The notes: generated by a model from the letters alone, not told the origin. A DNA stretch of 15,045 bases from an uncultured Gammaproteobacteria bacterium (GCA_964617525.1 CAZTWG010000007.1:1-15045); one strand, 5' to 3'; numbered from the stretch's first letter, positions 1 through 8,129 are shown. Program-made: numbers and translations.

Positions 1-53
1 ATATAAGGCATTCATATGATCTTTTGGCATAAAGATATTTTTTTTCTTGGTTT

Positions 54-1700
54 TCATATTTTTATTTTGTAAACAATTGCTTGTTCATCTTCGTAAACTT
101 TTTTTAAGTTTGTTGACCTTTTTAGCAATTTTACGAATTTTCCATCGTTTCTACATTTAGAAGCGATAATATATGAGGAGTTAAATCTTTCTTTAATCAC
201 TTTTGCTGTTTCATTTGGGTTTGTCTTCCCTGAAAATAAACTAAGCCAATCATCATAAAGTTTTTTATCATATTCATACATAAATGTTTGGTCTAAACCA
301 TTTATATAATAGTGACTATCGTCAAAGTAAAATAATTCCGGAAATATGTCCCAATTGCTATGGAATATTATTTCTTGGGGAGGAACATTGTTTTTAACCC
401 ATTGAGTTGCTCCCTGAAGGTGATTGACTGGGCGAGCTAAGCTCTGATAATTTTGTCTTGAATTATAAACTCCACGGATTAAATAGAAGCCAAGAAAAAA
501 AATGCAAACTGAACTTAATATGATTGTTGCAATAAAATAAAAATTATTTTCAGTTGAACGAAACAAACCTTTAATTTCCTTTTTAACTTTATCCCAGTTT
601 ATACTTTTTATAATCTGCGTAAATATTAATGCATTAAAAATAATGAGTGTAGGTGTTAGATATTCAATAATTCGGCGGGCTTTTAATGTATAGAATAAGA
701 AAAATAGAGATATAAAGAAGAAGAAGAATTCCTTTGTTTTTTGTTTTTTAATATAGACAATAAACCATGCAATTGAAATAATGTATGGCATCAAAAGTGG
801 TAAGGCATCAATGTAAAAATTAGATACTTTTGGCGCATACCATTCTGCGCCAACTCCAATTATATTTTGATAATTTAGGGCGGCAATTTTTATTGTTTGA
901 AACCAATAAAAAGGAAGTGTTTTTGGAAAATAGGGATTAATGATAAGCCCAGATAGCAGTCCGAATGTGCAAGCGCATAATAGTTTGTTGTTTGTTCTAC
1001 TAAAAAATAATTTTAAAAAAAGAGTGAATTTTATTGATTTTTTGTTAATTAATTTTTTTATAGCATATGAAAAACAATAAATAAGCACGCAAATAAACAT
1101 TAAAGGCCATCCCCCATAAAACCAAACGTAAAGAAGGGAAATTATAAAAACACCTAAATATTTTTTTTTGACAATAAGATAAAAACCTAAAATTAAAATA
1201 ACCAGAGAGAGCGCTGGACTCCGGCTAAGGGACATTCGATTTAAAAAATTCATTATAAGCAAACTGCTTAATGCCCAAAAAATAGGTATTTTAGCCTTAA
1301 ATCGGCGGAGTAACCAATAGATTGCTAAAATAGCTAGACCTGCGAAGAAAGCGCTAGCTAGCTTTACTTTCAGCAAGGGGTCTATTTGCGTAGATAGAGC
1401 GTCAAGATTTTTAGGAGTTGGAATGCTTAAAAATGGTAGAAGTAAAAAATGATATCCAAAATGATGGTCAACAAATAGATTTTTATAAGTGGTAAATTGA
1501 GTCCATGGGAAATTTTTAACAACACCGCTTTCTTTTATGAGTAGTGCCATTTTAGTATGATAAAATCCGTCGGGACATAGTAATGTCGGTGGAGCTAAAA
1601 CATAAAGAAAAATAATAAAAGCAATGGTGAATATTATAAAATAAAGCAACCATCGCCTTTTAGATATGGAATTATAAATTTTATAAACAAAGTTAAGCAT
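54..1700 (-). CDS. polytopic membrane protein, probable GT-C-fold glycosyltransferase (ArnT/PMT/STT3-like); family not resolved
   Basis: 548-aa ORF from the track, ATG at 1700, TGA stop at 54-56. By eye it has about 10 or more hydrophobic helices (e.g. WLLYFIIFTIAFIIFLYVL, LASAFFAGLAILAIYWLL, LVILILGFYLIV, FIISLLYVWFYGGWPLMFICVLIY, FFFFFISLFFLFY, FYFIATIILSSVCIFFLGFYLI). An acidic/aromatic motif PDGFYH sits right after TM1, where GT-C enzymes carry their catalytic Asp loop. The C-terminal ~130 aa look soluble. The function is inferred from architecture, not from a recognised signature. Confidence 0.6.
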   Translation of the reverse strand: MLNFVYKIYNSISKRRWLLYFIIFTIAFIIFLYVLAPPTLLCPDGFYHTKMALLIKESGVVKNFPWTQFTTYKNLFVDHHFGYHFLLLPFLSIPTPKNLDALSTQIDPLLKVKLASAFFAGLAILAIYWLLRRFKAKIPIFWALSSLLIMNFLNRMSLSRSPALSLVILILGFYLIVKKKYLGVFIISLLYVWFYGGWPLMFICVLIYCFSYAIKKLINKKSIKFTLFLKLFFSRTNNKLLCACTFGLLSGLIINPYFPKTLPFYWFQTIKIAALNYQNIIGVGAEWYAPKVSNFYIDALPLLMPYIISIAWFIVYIKKQKTKEFFFFFISLFFLFYTLKARRIIEYLTPTLIIFNALIFTQIIKSINWDKVKKEIKGLFRSTENNFYFIATIILSSVCIFFLGFYLIRGVYNSRQNYQSLARPVNHLQGATQWVKNNVPPQEIIFHSNWDIFPELFYFDDSHYYINGLDQTFMYEYDKKLYDDWLSLFSGKTNPNETAKVIKERFNSSYIIASKCRNDGKFVKLLKRSTNLKKVYEDEQAIVYKIKI

Positions 1701-1758
1701 TACTTCATTTTATCATTAACATTTTACTTTGTCTATTTAAAATGTTAATATACTATAT

Positions 1759-2481
1759 ATGAGTGGACATTCTAAATGGTCAAAAGTAAAACATTCTAAG
1801 GGGGCTTTAGATGCCAAAAGAAGTGCCTTGTTTACCAAACTCGGCCAAGCTATTATTATTGCAGCTAGAGAGGGTGGTGGTGATTTAGATTCTAACTTTA
1901 AACTTCGTTTAGTTGTAGAGAGAGCAAAAAAGGCAAATTTACCCAAAGATAATATAGAAAGAGCAATTAAAAGAGGTACGGGAGAAATAAAAGGCAAGAA
2001 GATAGAGGAAATAACCTATGAGGCATTTGGGCCTGGAGGCACTGCTTTTATTGTAGAAGTCTTAACAGATAACAAAAACAGGATTGCCACTAGTCTTAGA
2101 ATTATTTTCAACAAACATGGAGGGAGCTTGGCTGGCAAAAATTCAGTTCTTTGGATGTTTAATCGTTTAGGGGTTATTCGTATAAACTCTGATTTGATTG
2201 AAAAAAACAAGGAGGAGTGGCAATTAAAGATTATTGAGTCAGGCGCAGAAGATTTTAAAGAAGATGGGCGGGAATTGGTTATCTATACAAGTCTTAATAA
2301 TTTACAAAAGCTTAAGGAAGTTGTTGAAAAAGATGGGTTAGAAACAGAAAGCGTGGGAATAGAATGGATAGCGAAAGAATTAATCAGCATTGATGAATCT
2401 AAGAGACAAAAGGTTGCCACTATTTTCGAAGAACTGGAAAATGACCCTGATGTTCAAGACTATTATACCAACATTAGATAG
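1759..2481 (+). CDS. yebC: YebC/PmpR family DNA-binding transcriptional regulator
   Basis: 240-aa ORF. The N-terminus MSGHSKWSKVKHSKGALDAKRSALFTKLGQAIIIAAREGGGD...NFKLRLVVERAKKANLPKDNIERAIKRGTGE is the hallmark YebC/TACO1 signature. It lies directly upstream of ruvC, the conserved synteny. TAG stop. Confidence 0.95.
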   Translation: MSGHSKWSKVKHSKGALDAKRSALFTKLGQAIIIAAREGGGDLDSNFKLRLVVERAKKANLPKDNIERAIKRGTGEIKGKKIEEITYEAFGPGGTAFIVEVLTDNKNRIATSLRIIFNKHGGSLAGKNSVLWMFNRLGVIRINSDLIEKNKEEWQLKIIESGAEDFKEDGRELVIYTSLNNLQKLKEVVEKDGLETESVGIEWIAKELISIDESKRQKVATIFEELENDPDVQDYYTNIR

Positions 2482-2534
2482 AAATTATTAGAATATGGAA
2501 TGAAAATTCCTAATACCCAAATGATAAAAGTGAA

Positions 2535-2614
2535 AATTGCTGGTTGCTGATTGTTTAAAAATCCACAAATAGCTAGCAATTGATAACAGCAATCAATAAT
2601 TAACAATTGGTCAA
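2535..2614. repeat. intergenic repeat element, copy 1 (TTG/CAAT-rich, self-complementary)
   Basis: Block 1, TTGCTGATTGTTTAAAAATCC (2544-2564), matches 7137-7156 with one substitution and one T indel. Block 2, AATAATTAACAATT (2595-2608), matches 7181-7194 at 13/14 positions. Block 1 starts 63 nt after the yebC stop. The element is followed by a T/G-rich tract (2615-2660). Confidence 0.6.
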
Positions 2615-2665
2615 TTTAGTTTTGTTGTGTTGTTCTGTTAATTTGTTTAAATGTTTTAATATTTT

Positions 2666-3178
2666 ATGATTATTCTAGGAGTTGACCCAGGGTACGCGAT
2701 TACTGGATATGCTATTATTGATGTTGATGCTCAAACTAAACTAATATCTTTGCTCGATTATGGGTGTATTTTATCTTCCTCTAAAGATATTTTTTCTAAA
2801 AGATTATTAATTGTTTACGAGAAGATTAAAGAGATAATAGAAAAATATAATCCAGACAAGATAGCTGTAGAAAGTATTTTTTTTGCCAAGAATGTTAAGA
2901 CTGCTATTAAGGTTAGCCAAGCTAGAGGGGTTATTGTTTTGGCAGCTGCGATTAAAGATATTGAGGTTTTGGATTTTACTCCTTTACAAGTCAAGCAAGC
3001 TTTAACTGGCTATGGCAGGGCTTCTAAAAGTCAAATTCAACAAATGGTGAAAAATGTTTTGAAACTAAAAAGTATTCCACGTCCAGATGATGCCGCCGAT
3101 GCGTTGGCTATCGCACTTACTTGCGCGCAGACAAAGTCATGGGAACATAAGAACAAGTTGAAGCTACCTGGGGACTGA
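2666..3178 (+). CDS. ruvC: crossover junction endodeoxyribonuclease RuvC (Holliday junction resolvase)
   Basis: 170-aa ORF. MIILGVDPGYAITGYAII carries the first catalytic Asp, AVESIFF the catalytic Glu, and PDDAADALAIAL the C-terminal acidic pair. Length is typical. TGA stop at 3176-3178. Confidence 0.95.
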   Translation: MIILGVDPGYAITGYAIIDVDAQTKLISLLDYGCILSSSKDIFSKRLLIVYEKIKEIIEKYNPDKIAVESIFFAKNVKTAIKVSQARGVIVLAAAIKDIEVLDFTPLQVKQALTGYGRASKSQIQQMVKNVLKLKSIPRPDDAADALAIALTCAQTKSWEHKNKLKLPGD

Positions 3179-3225
3179 GTTCCTAAGCAATAAATGTTTG
3201 GACGCTCAGTGTTTAAACAAATGAG

Positions 3226-3254
3226 AAAAATACAGGGAAACCTGTATTTTTTTT
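3226..3254. terminator. bidirectional Rho-independent terminator between convergent ruvC and the LysM-CHAP gene
   Basis: AAAAA-TACAGG-GAAA-CCTGTA-TTTTTTTT. The 6-bp core stem (3231-3236 / 3241-3246) has a GAAA tetraloop, an A5 run upstream and a T8 run downstream. It therefore reads as a hairpin plus U-tract on both strands. It lies in the 141-nt gap between two convergent stops. Confidence 0.65.
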
Positions 3255-3319
3255 ACTTGGGGGCCGAGTTTTCAATTAGATTATTTTTTTATGCTCTGAT
3301 GTTATTATACTCTCACGCT

Positions 3320-4543
3320 CTAACGCTTTGGATATATGTACCCTACTATTTGCCATCTACCTTGAGACGTGCTTTGCCACGCAGTTGTTCTTTTTAATCT
3401 TCTGGTAACTGGTTTTTGTGTCCAACTTGGATTTGACGGGCCGTTCATTTCCGAGAAATAAACATAGTCATTGTCAAATTTTTCTATATAAGCGACATGT
3501 CCATACCAATTATTACATCTCAAAACCACTATTGACCCTTCGTCGCCCTTGTTTAGAGTTAATCCTGTTCTGAACCCATCGTTTCTAGCGTTTTGTAGCC
3601 ATGTTCTAGCATTTCCCCAATTATTTGGACCTACACATTGACCCAATTCAGTCGCCCATTTATAGGCCACCCAATCAGTGCATTGTCCTGGTTTCGTGTA
3701 GTAACGTTTACATGATGCACAACAACGTTTATATCTCCAATCTGTATAACTACAATTACTTTTTTCAGTGGCTGTAGATAGAGAGGTTGTTGCTCTTGGT
3801 TTGTAAACTGGTTTTAATTTTGGCAAAGGTGAGGCTTCAGGGATAATTAGTGTTTCCCCTACTTGTAAATTATCGGGATTAATAAGGTTGTTAAATTCAA
3901 TTATTTTTTCGCTATCTGCTTTGTATTTTTTTGCAATTTGCAAAAGTTTTTCGTCCTTTTTTATTTTATGTAAAATTCCATCTACGGGTAGAATTATTAA
4001 TTTGTCTCCAGGTTGAATATTGGCTCGCCAATAAGTTAAATCATTTGCCCAAAGTATGGTCCAAACACTTAGGCCGAATTTTTCAGCAATATTCCAAGGA
4101 TTATCATTAGGTTTGACTATATAGTATTCAATTTTAGTTCTGGTGGGTAAAATATTTTTATTGACTTCATTGTTGGAAGCAACTAAAGCAGTATTATTTA
4201 AGGTTAGCGGAATTTCAGATGGAGCCCCTTCTTCTCTTAATAGAGTGGCGATTTGGAAATCATGATTTTCTTCCTCTAAATCTTGCTCAGAGGAGATTAT
4301 ATCTAAATGAATGTTTTCGTTAGTATCTTCGGAAAAAATAATATTATTACTTTGATTTATTGTTTGAGAGTAAGAAAATAACACAAAAAATAAAACAGCC
4401 ATGATGATAGGCAGTTGTTTTCCTGGTTGTAATTTTTTAAAGGTTTTAGATAGAAAATGTCCAAAATAAATAACACGAAGAATGCTTCCCTTTAAAGCTT
4501 TGATACTATGCCTGACAATTTGTCGTAATAGTTTATCTTGCAT
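3320..4543 (-). CDS. membrane-anchored/secreted peptidoglycan hydrolase: 2x LysM + C-terminal CHAP amidase/peptidase domain
   Basis: 407-aa ORF. There is an N-terminal hydrophobic anchor (LPIIMAVLFFVLFSYS). Two LysM repeats are present: YYIVKPNDNPWNIAEKFGLSVWTILWANDL...IQPGDKLIILP and LHKIKKDEKLLQIAKKYKADSEKIIEFNNL...LQVGETLIIP. The CHAP signature has the catalytic Cys in GQCTDWVAYKW and the His in YGHVAYIE. TAG stop at 3320-3322. Confidence 0.85.
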   Translation of the reverse strand: MQDKLLRQIVRHSIKALKGSILRVIYFGHFLSKTFKKLQPGKQLPIIMAVLFFVLFSYSQTINQSNNIIFSEDTNENIHLDIISSEQDLEEENHDFQIATLLREEGAPSEIPLTLNNTALVASNNEVNKNILPTRTKIEYYIVKPNDNPWNIAEKFGLSVWTILWANDLTYWRANIQPGDKLIILPVDGILHKIKKDEKLLQIAKKYKADSEKIIEFNNLINPDNLQVGETLIIPEASPLPKLKPVYKPRATTSLSTATEKSNCSYTDWRYKRCCASCKRYYTKPGQCTDWVAYKWATELGQCVGPNNWGNARTWLQNARNDGFRTGLTLNKGDEGSIVVLRCNNWYGHVAYIEKFDNDYVYFSEMNGPSNPSWTQKPVTRRLKRTTAWQSTSQGRWQIVGYIYPKR

Positions 4544-4603
4544 AAAACGATTTTTTTTTGTATGATAATAATTATTATGCCTAAAATTGTAAAAAAATCA
4601 AGT

Positions 4604-7072
4604 ATGAGTTATCAACATCTGAATTTAAACGCGAAATGGTTTAAAATTTGGGATAAGTTGGGGGTTTATCACACATCAGAACAAACAGACCAAGAAAAAA
4701 AGTATATTTTAGTTGAATTTCCTTATCCATCTGGGGATGGTTTACATCTTGGGCATGCTTTTGCTTTTGTTGGAGCTGATATTTATGCGCGCTTTCAAAG
4801 AATGCAAGGGAAAAGAGTACTTTTCCCCATGGGTTGGGATGCCTTTGGTTTGCCAACTGAAAATTATGCCATTAAGACCAAAGCTAATCCTCGTCAAATA
4901 ACTAAAAAGAATACGAATAGATTTAAAGACCAGATGAAAGAACTGCAACTTTCATTTGACTGGGAGATAGAAGTCAACACCACTGACCCTGATTATTATA
5001 AATGGACTCAGTGGATTTTTGTTGAATTATTCAAAAGGGGATTAACATACAAAAAGGAAATGCCTATTAATTGGTGTCCTAAATGTAAAATAGGGTTAGC
5101 TAACGAAGAGGTAGTGAATAATAAATGTGAAAGATGCGGAGCTGAAGTTTCGCGTAGAAATATTTCTCAGTGGATTGTAAGGATTACAGATTACGCAGAC
5201 AGATTAATCGATGGTTTATCTCAAACAGATTTTATCAAAAAAGTTAGAACAGCGCAGATAAATTGGATTGGGAAAAGTAATGGGGCGGAAGTTATCTTTA
5301 AAATTAAAACTAACAGAAAAGAAGAGGATTTAAAAATATTTACAACTCGTCCAGATACATTATGGGGAGCGACTTTTATGGTTTTAGCCCCAGAACATCC
5401 TTTGATTAATAAATTTTTAGATAGCGATTCTATTAATTCTACTATTAAAGAAAAAATAAAAGAGTATATAACTAAAAGCAAAAATAAATCCGATTTAGAA
5501 AGAACAGATTTAGCTAAAGAAAAAACAGGAGTTTTTAGTGGATTTTATGCAATTAATCCTGTAAATAGTAAGGAAATTCCTATTTGGATATCTGATTTTG
5601 TTTTAATTTCATATGGGACTGGAGCTATTATGTCTGTTCCTGCTCATGACCAAAGGGATTGGGAGTTTGCTCAAAAATTTGGTTTAGAGATAATTCCCGT
5701 AATTCAACCTTCAACGAATTGGGATTTTAAAAAATGTGCTTATACCGATATTTCAAACGGAAAAATTGTAAATTCTGAACCAATTAATGGTTTGAGCCCA
5801 GACGATGCTTTTGAAAAAATGATCAATTGGTTGGAAGAGAAAAAGATAGGTAAAAGAGCTAAAAATTATCATTTAAGGGATTGGATTTTTTCTCGTCAAC
5901 ATTATTGGGGTGAACCAATTCCAATGATTTATTGTCCTAAATGTGGATGGCAACCCGTTAAAGAAGAAGACCTGCCCATAAAACTTCCAGAGATAGAACA
6001 TTATGAACCAACCAATACAGGAGAAAGCCCTTTGGCTGAAATTGAAGAATGGGTTAAAACTGTTTGTCCTAAATGTGGAGGTCCAGCGAAAAGAGAAACA
6101 GATACTATGCCGAATTGGGCGGGTTCAGATTGGTATTTTTTAAGATATACTGACCCCAAGAATAAAAAGATGTTAGCTAGCAAAGAAAAAATGAAAAAAT
6201 GGCTTCCAGTTGATATTTATATTGGAGGAGATGAACATAATACTCTTCATCTTCTATATTCTCGTTTTATTTATCAATTTCTATGGGACATCAATGTTGT
6301 GCCAAAAGAGAATCTAGAGCCATATCAAAAAAGAGTGTCTCATGGAGTAATTCTTGGCCCAGATAACCAAAGGATGAGTAAATCTAAAGGTAATGGGATT
6401 GCCCCAGAAGAAGTAATAGGAAGGTTTGATAAATATGGGTCAGATATTTTAAGAATGTATCTAATGTTTATTGGACCCTTTGAGGGAACTATGGCATGGA
6501 ATGACCAAGCGCTAATGGGTATAAAAAGATTTTTGGAAAAAATAGAGGATTATATTGATTCTTGGACATCTTCCCAAAAAGAGCATCCAGAAGCAATACA
6601 TAATAATGATATAAAACCTTTACTACATCAAACAATAAAAAAAGTAACTGAAGATATTAAAAATTTAAGATATAATACAGCTATTGCTTGTTTAATGGAA
6701 TTTTTAAATAAAATAAAAGCAAAAAAGGGTAAGATAAACCAAGATGATCTTGAAATTTTTCTTGTTCTTTTATCCCCATTTGTCCCTGTTTTTAGTGAGG
6801 AGCAGTTACAAAAAATTGATTCGTCAGTACAAAGTATTTTTTTGAAATCTTGGCCAAGGTTTGATTGTCAGTTGGCTAAAAATAAAAAAATTGAATTTGT
6901 TGTGCAGGTTAATGGTAGAATTAGGGGTAGGTTTAAGACTAAAATTGGGCTTTCCCAGGAACAAGCTGAAAAAAATGTTTCTTCAATGCCTCAAATCCAG
7001 AAATATTTACAAGGAAAAGAAATTAAAAAAGTAATTTTTATCCCTGACAAATTAATTAATATGGTTATTTGA
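4604..7072 (+). CDS. leuS: leucine--tRNA ligase (LeuRS)
   Basis: The HIGH motif (HLGHAF), KMSKS motif (RMSKSKGN), CP1 editing-domain start (TTRPDTLWGATFMVLAPEHP) and two CxxC...CxxC zinc knuckles are all present. The track ORF begins at 4538 and would overlap the divergent 4543 start. I place the start at ATG 4604 (MSYQHLNLNAKWFKIW), which gives the usual spacing from Met to the conserved KW..W. ATG 4577 is an alternative. TGA stop at 7070-7072. Confidence 0.92.
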   Translation: MSYQHLNLNAKWFKIWDKLGVYHTSEQTDQEKKYILVEFPYPSGDGLHLGHAFAFVGADIYARFQRMQGKRVLFPMGWDAFGLPTENYAIKTKANPRQITKKNTNRFKDQMKELQLSFDWEIEVNTTDPDYYKWTQWIFVELFKRGLTYKKEMPINWCPKCKIGLANEEVVNNKCERCGAEVSRRNISQWIVRITDYADRLIDGLSQTDFIKKVRTAQINWIGKSNGAEVIFKIKTNRKEEDLKIFTTRPDTLWGATFMVLAPEHPLINKFLDSDSINSTIKEKIKEYITKSKNKSDLERTDLAKEKTGVFSGFYAINPVNSKEIPIWISDFVLISYGTGAIMSVPAHDQRDWEFAQKFGLEIIPVIQPSTNWDFKKCAYTDISNGKIVNSEPINGLSPDDAFEKMINWLEEKKIGKRAKNYHLRDWIFSRQHYWGEPIPMIYCPKCGWQPVKEEDLPIKLPEIEHYEPTNTGESPLAEIEEWVKTVCPKCGGPAKRETDTMPNWAGSDWYFLRYTDPKNKKMLASKEKMKKWLPVDIYIGGDEHNTLHLLYSRFIYQFLWDINVVPKENLEPYQKRVSHGVILGPDNQRMSKSKGNGIAPEEVIGRFDKYGSDILRMYLMFIGPFEGTMAWNDQALMGIKRFLEKIEDYIDSWTSSQKEHPEAIHNNDIKPLLHQTIKKVTEDIKNLRYNTAIACLMEFLNKIKAKKGKINQDDLEIFLVLLSPFVPVFSEEQLQKIDSSVQSIFLKSWPRFDCQLAKNKKIEFVVQVNGRIRGRFKTKIGLSQEQAEKNVSSMPQIQKYLQGKEIKKVIFIPDKLINMVI

Positions 7073-7134
7073 TTATTAATGAGTCAGAACACTATATAAC
7101 GAACAAAAATATTAATGCTTAGATATCAAACCAG

Positions 7135-7196
7135 AATTGTTGATTGTTAAAAATCCGAAAGCAGTCAACAATCGACAACTAATAATCAACAATTAA
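7135..7196. repeat. intergenic repeat element, copy 2 (hairpin with two alternative 3' partners)
   Basis: TTGTTGATTGTT (7137-7148) pairs with AACAATCGACAA (7167-7178). This is 12 bp with one G-U wobble on the + strand RNA, and the 18-nt loop is AAAAATCCGAAAGCAGTC. Alternatively AATTGTTGATT (7135-7145) is a perfect complement of AATCAACAATT (7184-7194). Blocks 1 and 2 are shared with 2544-2564 and 2595-2608. Block 1 starts 65 nt after the leuS stop. Confidence 0.6.
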
Positions 7197-7223
7197 TTTG
7201 CGTTGCGTATTTTATATATAATA

Positions 7224-8129
7224 ATGAGTGTTCTAAAAGAAACTAAATCTACTTGCAAGCAGTATAATTTTGTCCCTTTGCGTCGTCGGGGGCAAAATTT
7301 TTTAATTAATCCTAAGATTATTGAACGGATTATAGATGTAGCTAAGATAGATAGGGAAGATATTATTCTAGAAATAGGTCCAGGTCTAGGAGCGTTAACA
7401 GAAGAAATTGTTAACAAATGCAAAAAAATAATTGTAGTTGAAATTGACCAAAAGTTAGCCCAGATATTGAAAGAGCGTTTAAGAAAACATAAGAATATAG
7501 AAATAGTTAGAGCTAGTATTTTAGATGGGATTCCAGACTTGAGTCTAAAAGGAAAGAAATATAAGGTAGTGGCTAGCTTGCCTTTTAATATTGTTGGTAG
7601 AATTTTAAGAATTTTAATGACAGAGAAAGATAAATTAGAATCAATTGTAGTGGTGGTTCAAAAAGAAGTTGCTCAAAGGATAATTGCTCAACCTCCCTAT
7701 ATGTCTCTTTTGTCTTTATCAATCCAATTTTATAGCCGAGTAAATGTTGTTTTTGATATTAATAGAAGTAATTTTTGGCCACAACCTAGAGTAGATTCAA
7801 CTGTGCTAAAAATAGAGCCAAAAGAATGTAAGGTTAAAAAAGAAATTGAAAATAATTTTTTCCGACTTATTAAAGCTGGCTTTTCTTCTAAGCGGAAATA
7901 TTTACTTAACAATTTATCTAAAAATGTTATAATGCAGGATATAAAATACAAAAAACAAAAAACAAACAATAAAAAACAAACAATAATTAATAATCAAATG
8001 AATTATTTTATCCCCGGAAAAAAAGAATTTTTTTTAAATATTTTTAGAGAAATTGGGTTGAATGAAAAAGTTAGAGCGCAAGAATTATCAATTGAACAAT
8101 GGATACAACTTGCGAGCAAAATAAATTAA
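7224..8129 (+). CDS. rsmA: 16S rRNA (adenine1518/1519-N6)-dimethyltransferase RsmA/KsgA
   Basis: RRRGQNFLINPKIIERIIDVA plus the SAM-binding ILEIGPGLGALTEEI motif, and the C-terminal RAQELSIEQW helix. The track ORF starts at TTG 7203. The first ATG (7224, MSVLKE...) is the more likely start. The gene contains a K/N/Q-rich insertion of about 35 aa before the C-terminal helix. Confidence 0.9.
   Translation: MSVLKETKSTCKQYNFVPLRRRGQNFLINPKIIERIIDVAKIDREDIILEIGPGLGALTEEIVNKCKKIIVVEIDQKLAQILKERLRKHKNIEIVRASILDGIPDLSLKGKKYKVVASLPFNIVGRILRILMTEKDKLESIVVVVQKEVAQRIIAQPPYMSLLSLSIQFYSRVNVVFDINRSNFWPQPRVDSTVLKIEPKECKVKKEIENNFFRLIKAGFSSKRKYLLNNLSKNVIMQDIKYKKQKTNNKKQTIINNQMNYFIPGKKEFFLNIFREIGLNEKVRAQELSIEQWIQLASKIN

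Noticed and set aside
1-30. Possible start of another - strand gene (ATG at 30-28, MPKDHMNALY...) running off the left edge, 23 nt downstream of the 54..1700 gene's stop.
   Set aside because: Only 10 codons are visible, so no composition or motif evidence is possible.
1749-1754. TATAAT-like hexamers immediately upstream of start codons (TATACT 1749-1754, TAATAT before 2666, TATAAT 7217-7222), considered as -10 promoter boxes or evidence of leaderless mRNAs.
   Set aside because: They end 1-5 nt before the ATG, which is too close for a transcription start upstream of or at the ATG. No convincingly spaced -35 is present, and such hexamers are expected by chance in A/T-rich leaders.
1737-2210. 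Antisense ORFs 1737..1997(-) and 2016..2210(-) inside yebC. Similar short ORFs lie inside leuS (4641..4856-, 4713..4901+, 4742..4948-, 5221..5481-, 6001..6183-) and rsmA (7193..7423-, 7730..7969-).
   Set aside because: Each is fully overlapped by a gene with an unambiguous family signature, so they are shadow ORFs.
2487-2515. Small hairpin GGAAT-GAAA-ATTCC with ATTA/TAAT outer pairs just after yebC, considered as a possible terminator.
   Set aside because: It has only a 5-bp core stem with an asymmetric internal loop and no downstream T-run (ACCCAAATG follows).
2482-2665. Search for tRNA, small RNA or mobile-element ends in the larger spacers (2482-2665, 3179-3319, 7073-7223).
   Set aside because: I saw no cloverleaf-compatible arms or GTTCGAATC-type T-loop, no terminal inverted repeats flanking a transposase, and no integrase anywhere in the window.
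3194-3397. 67-aa ORF on the + strand after ruvC.
   Set aside because: It runs straight through the bidirectional terminator hairpin and overlaps the 3' end of the LysM-CHAP gene. Its sequence is low-complexity and hydrophobic with no motif.
4538-4603. Track start for leuS at 4538 (MHKTIFFCMIIIIMPKIVKKSS...), and TTG 7203 as the start for rsmA.
   Set aside because: The 4538 start would overlap the divergent 4543 start and adds a hydrophobic extension not seen in LeuRS. ATG 4604 restores normal spacing to the KW..W motif. For rsmA the first ATG (7224) is preferred over an upstream TTG. Neither can be settled by RBS because no SD exists anywhere in the window.
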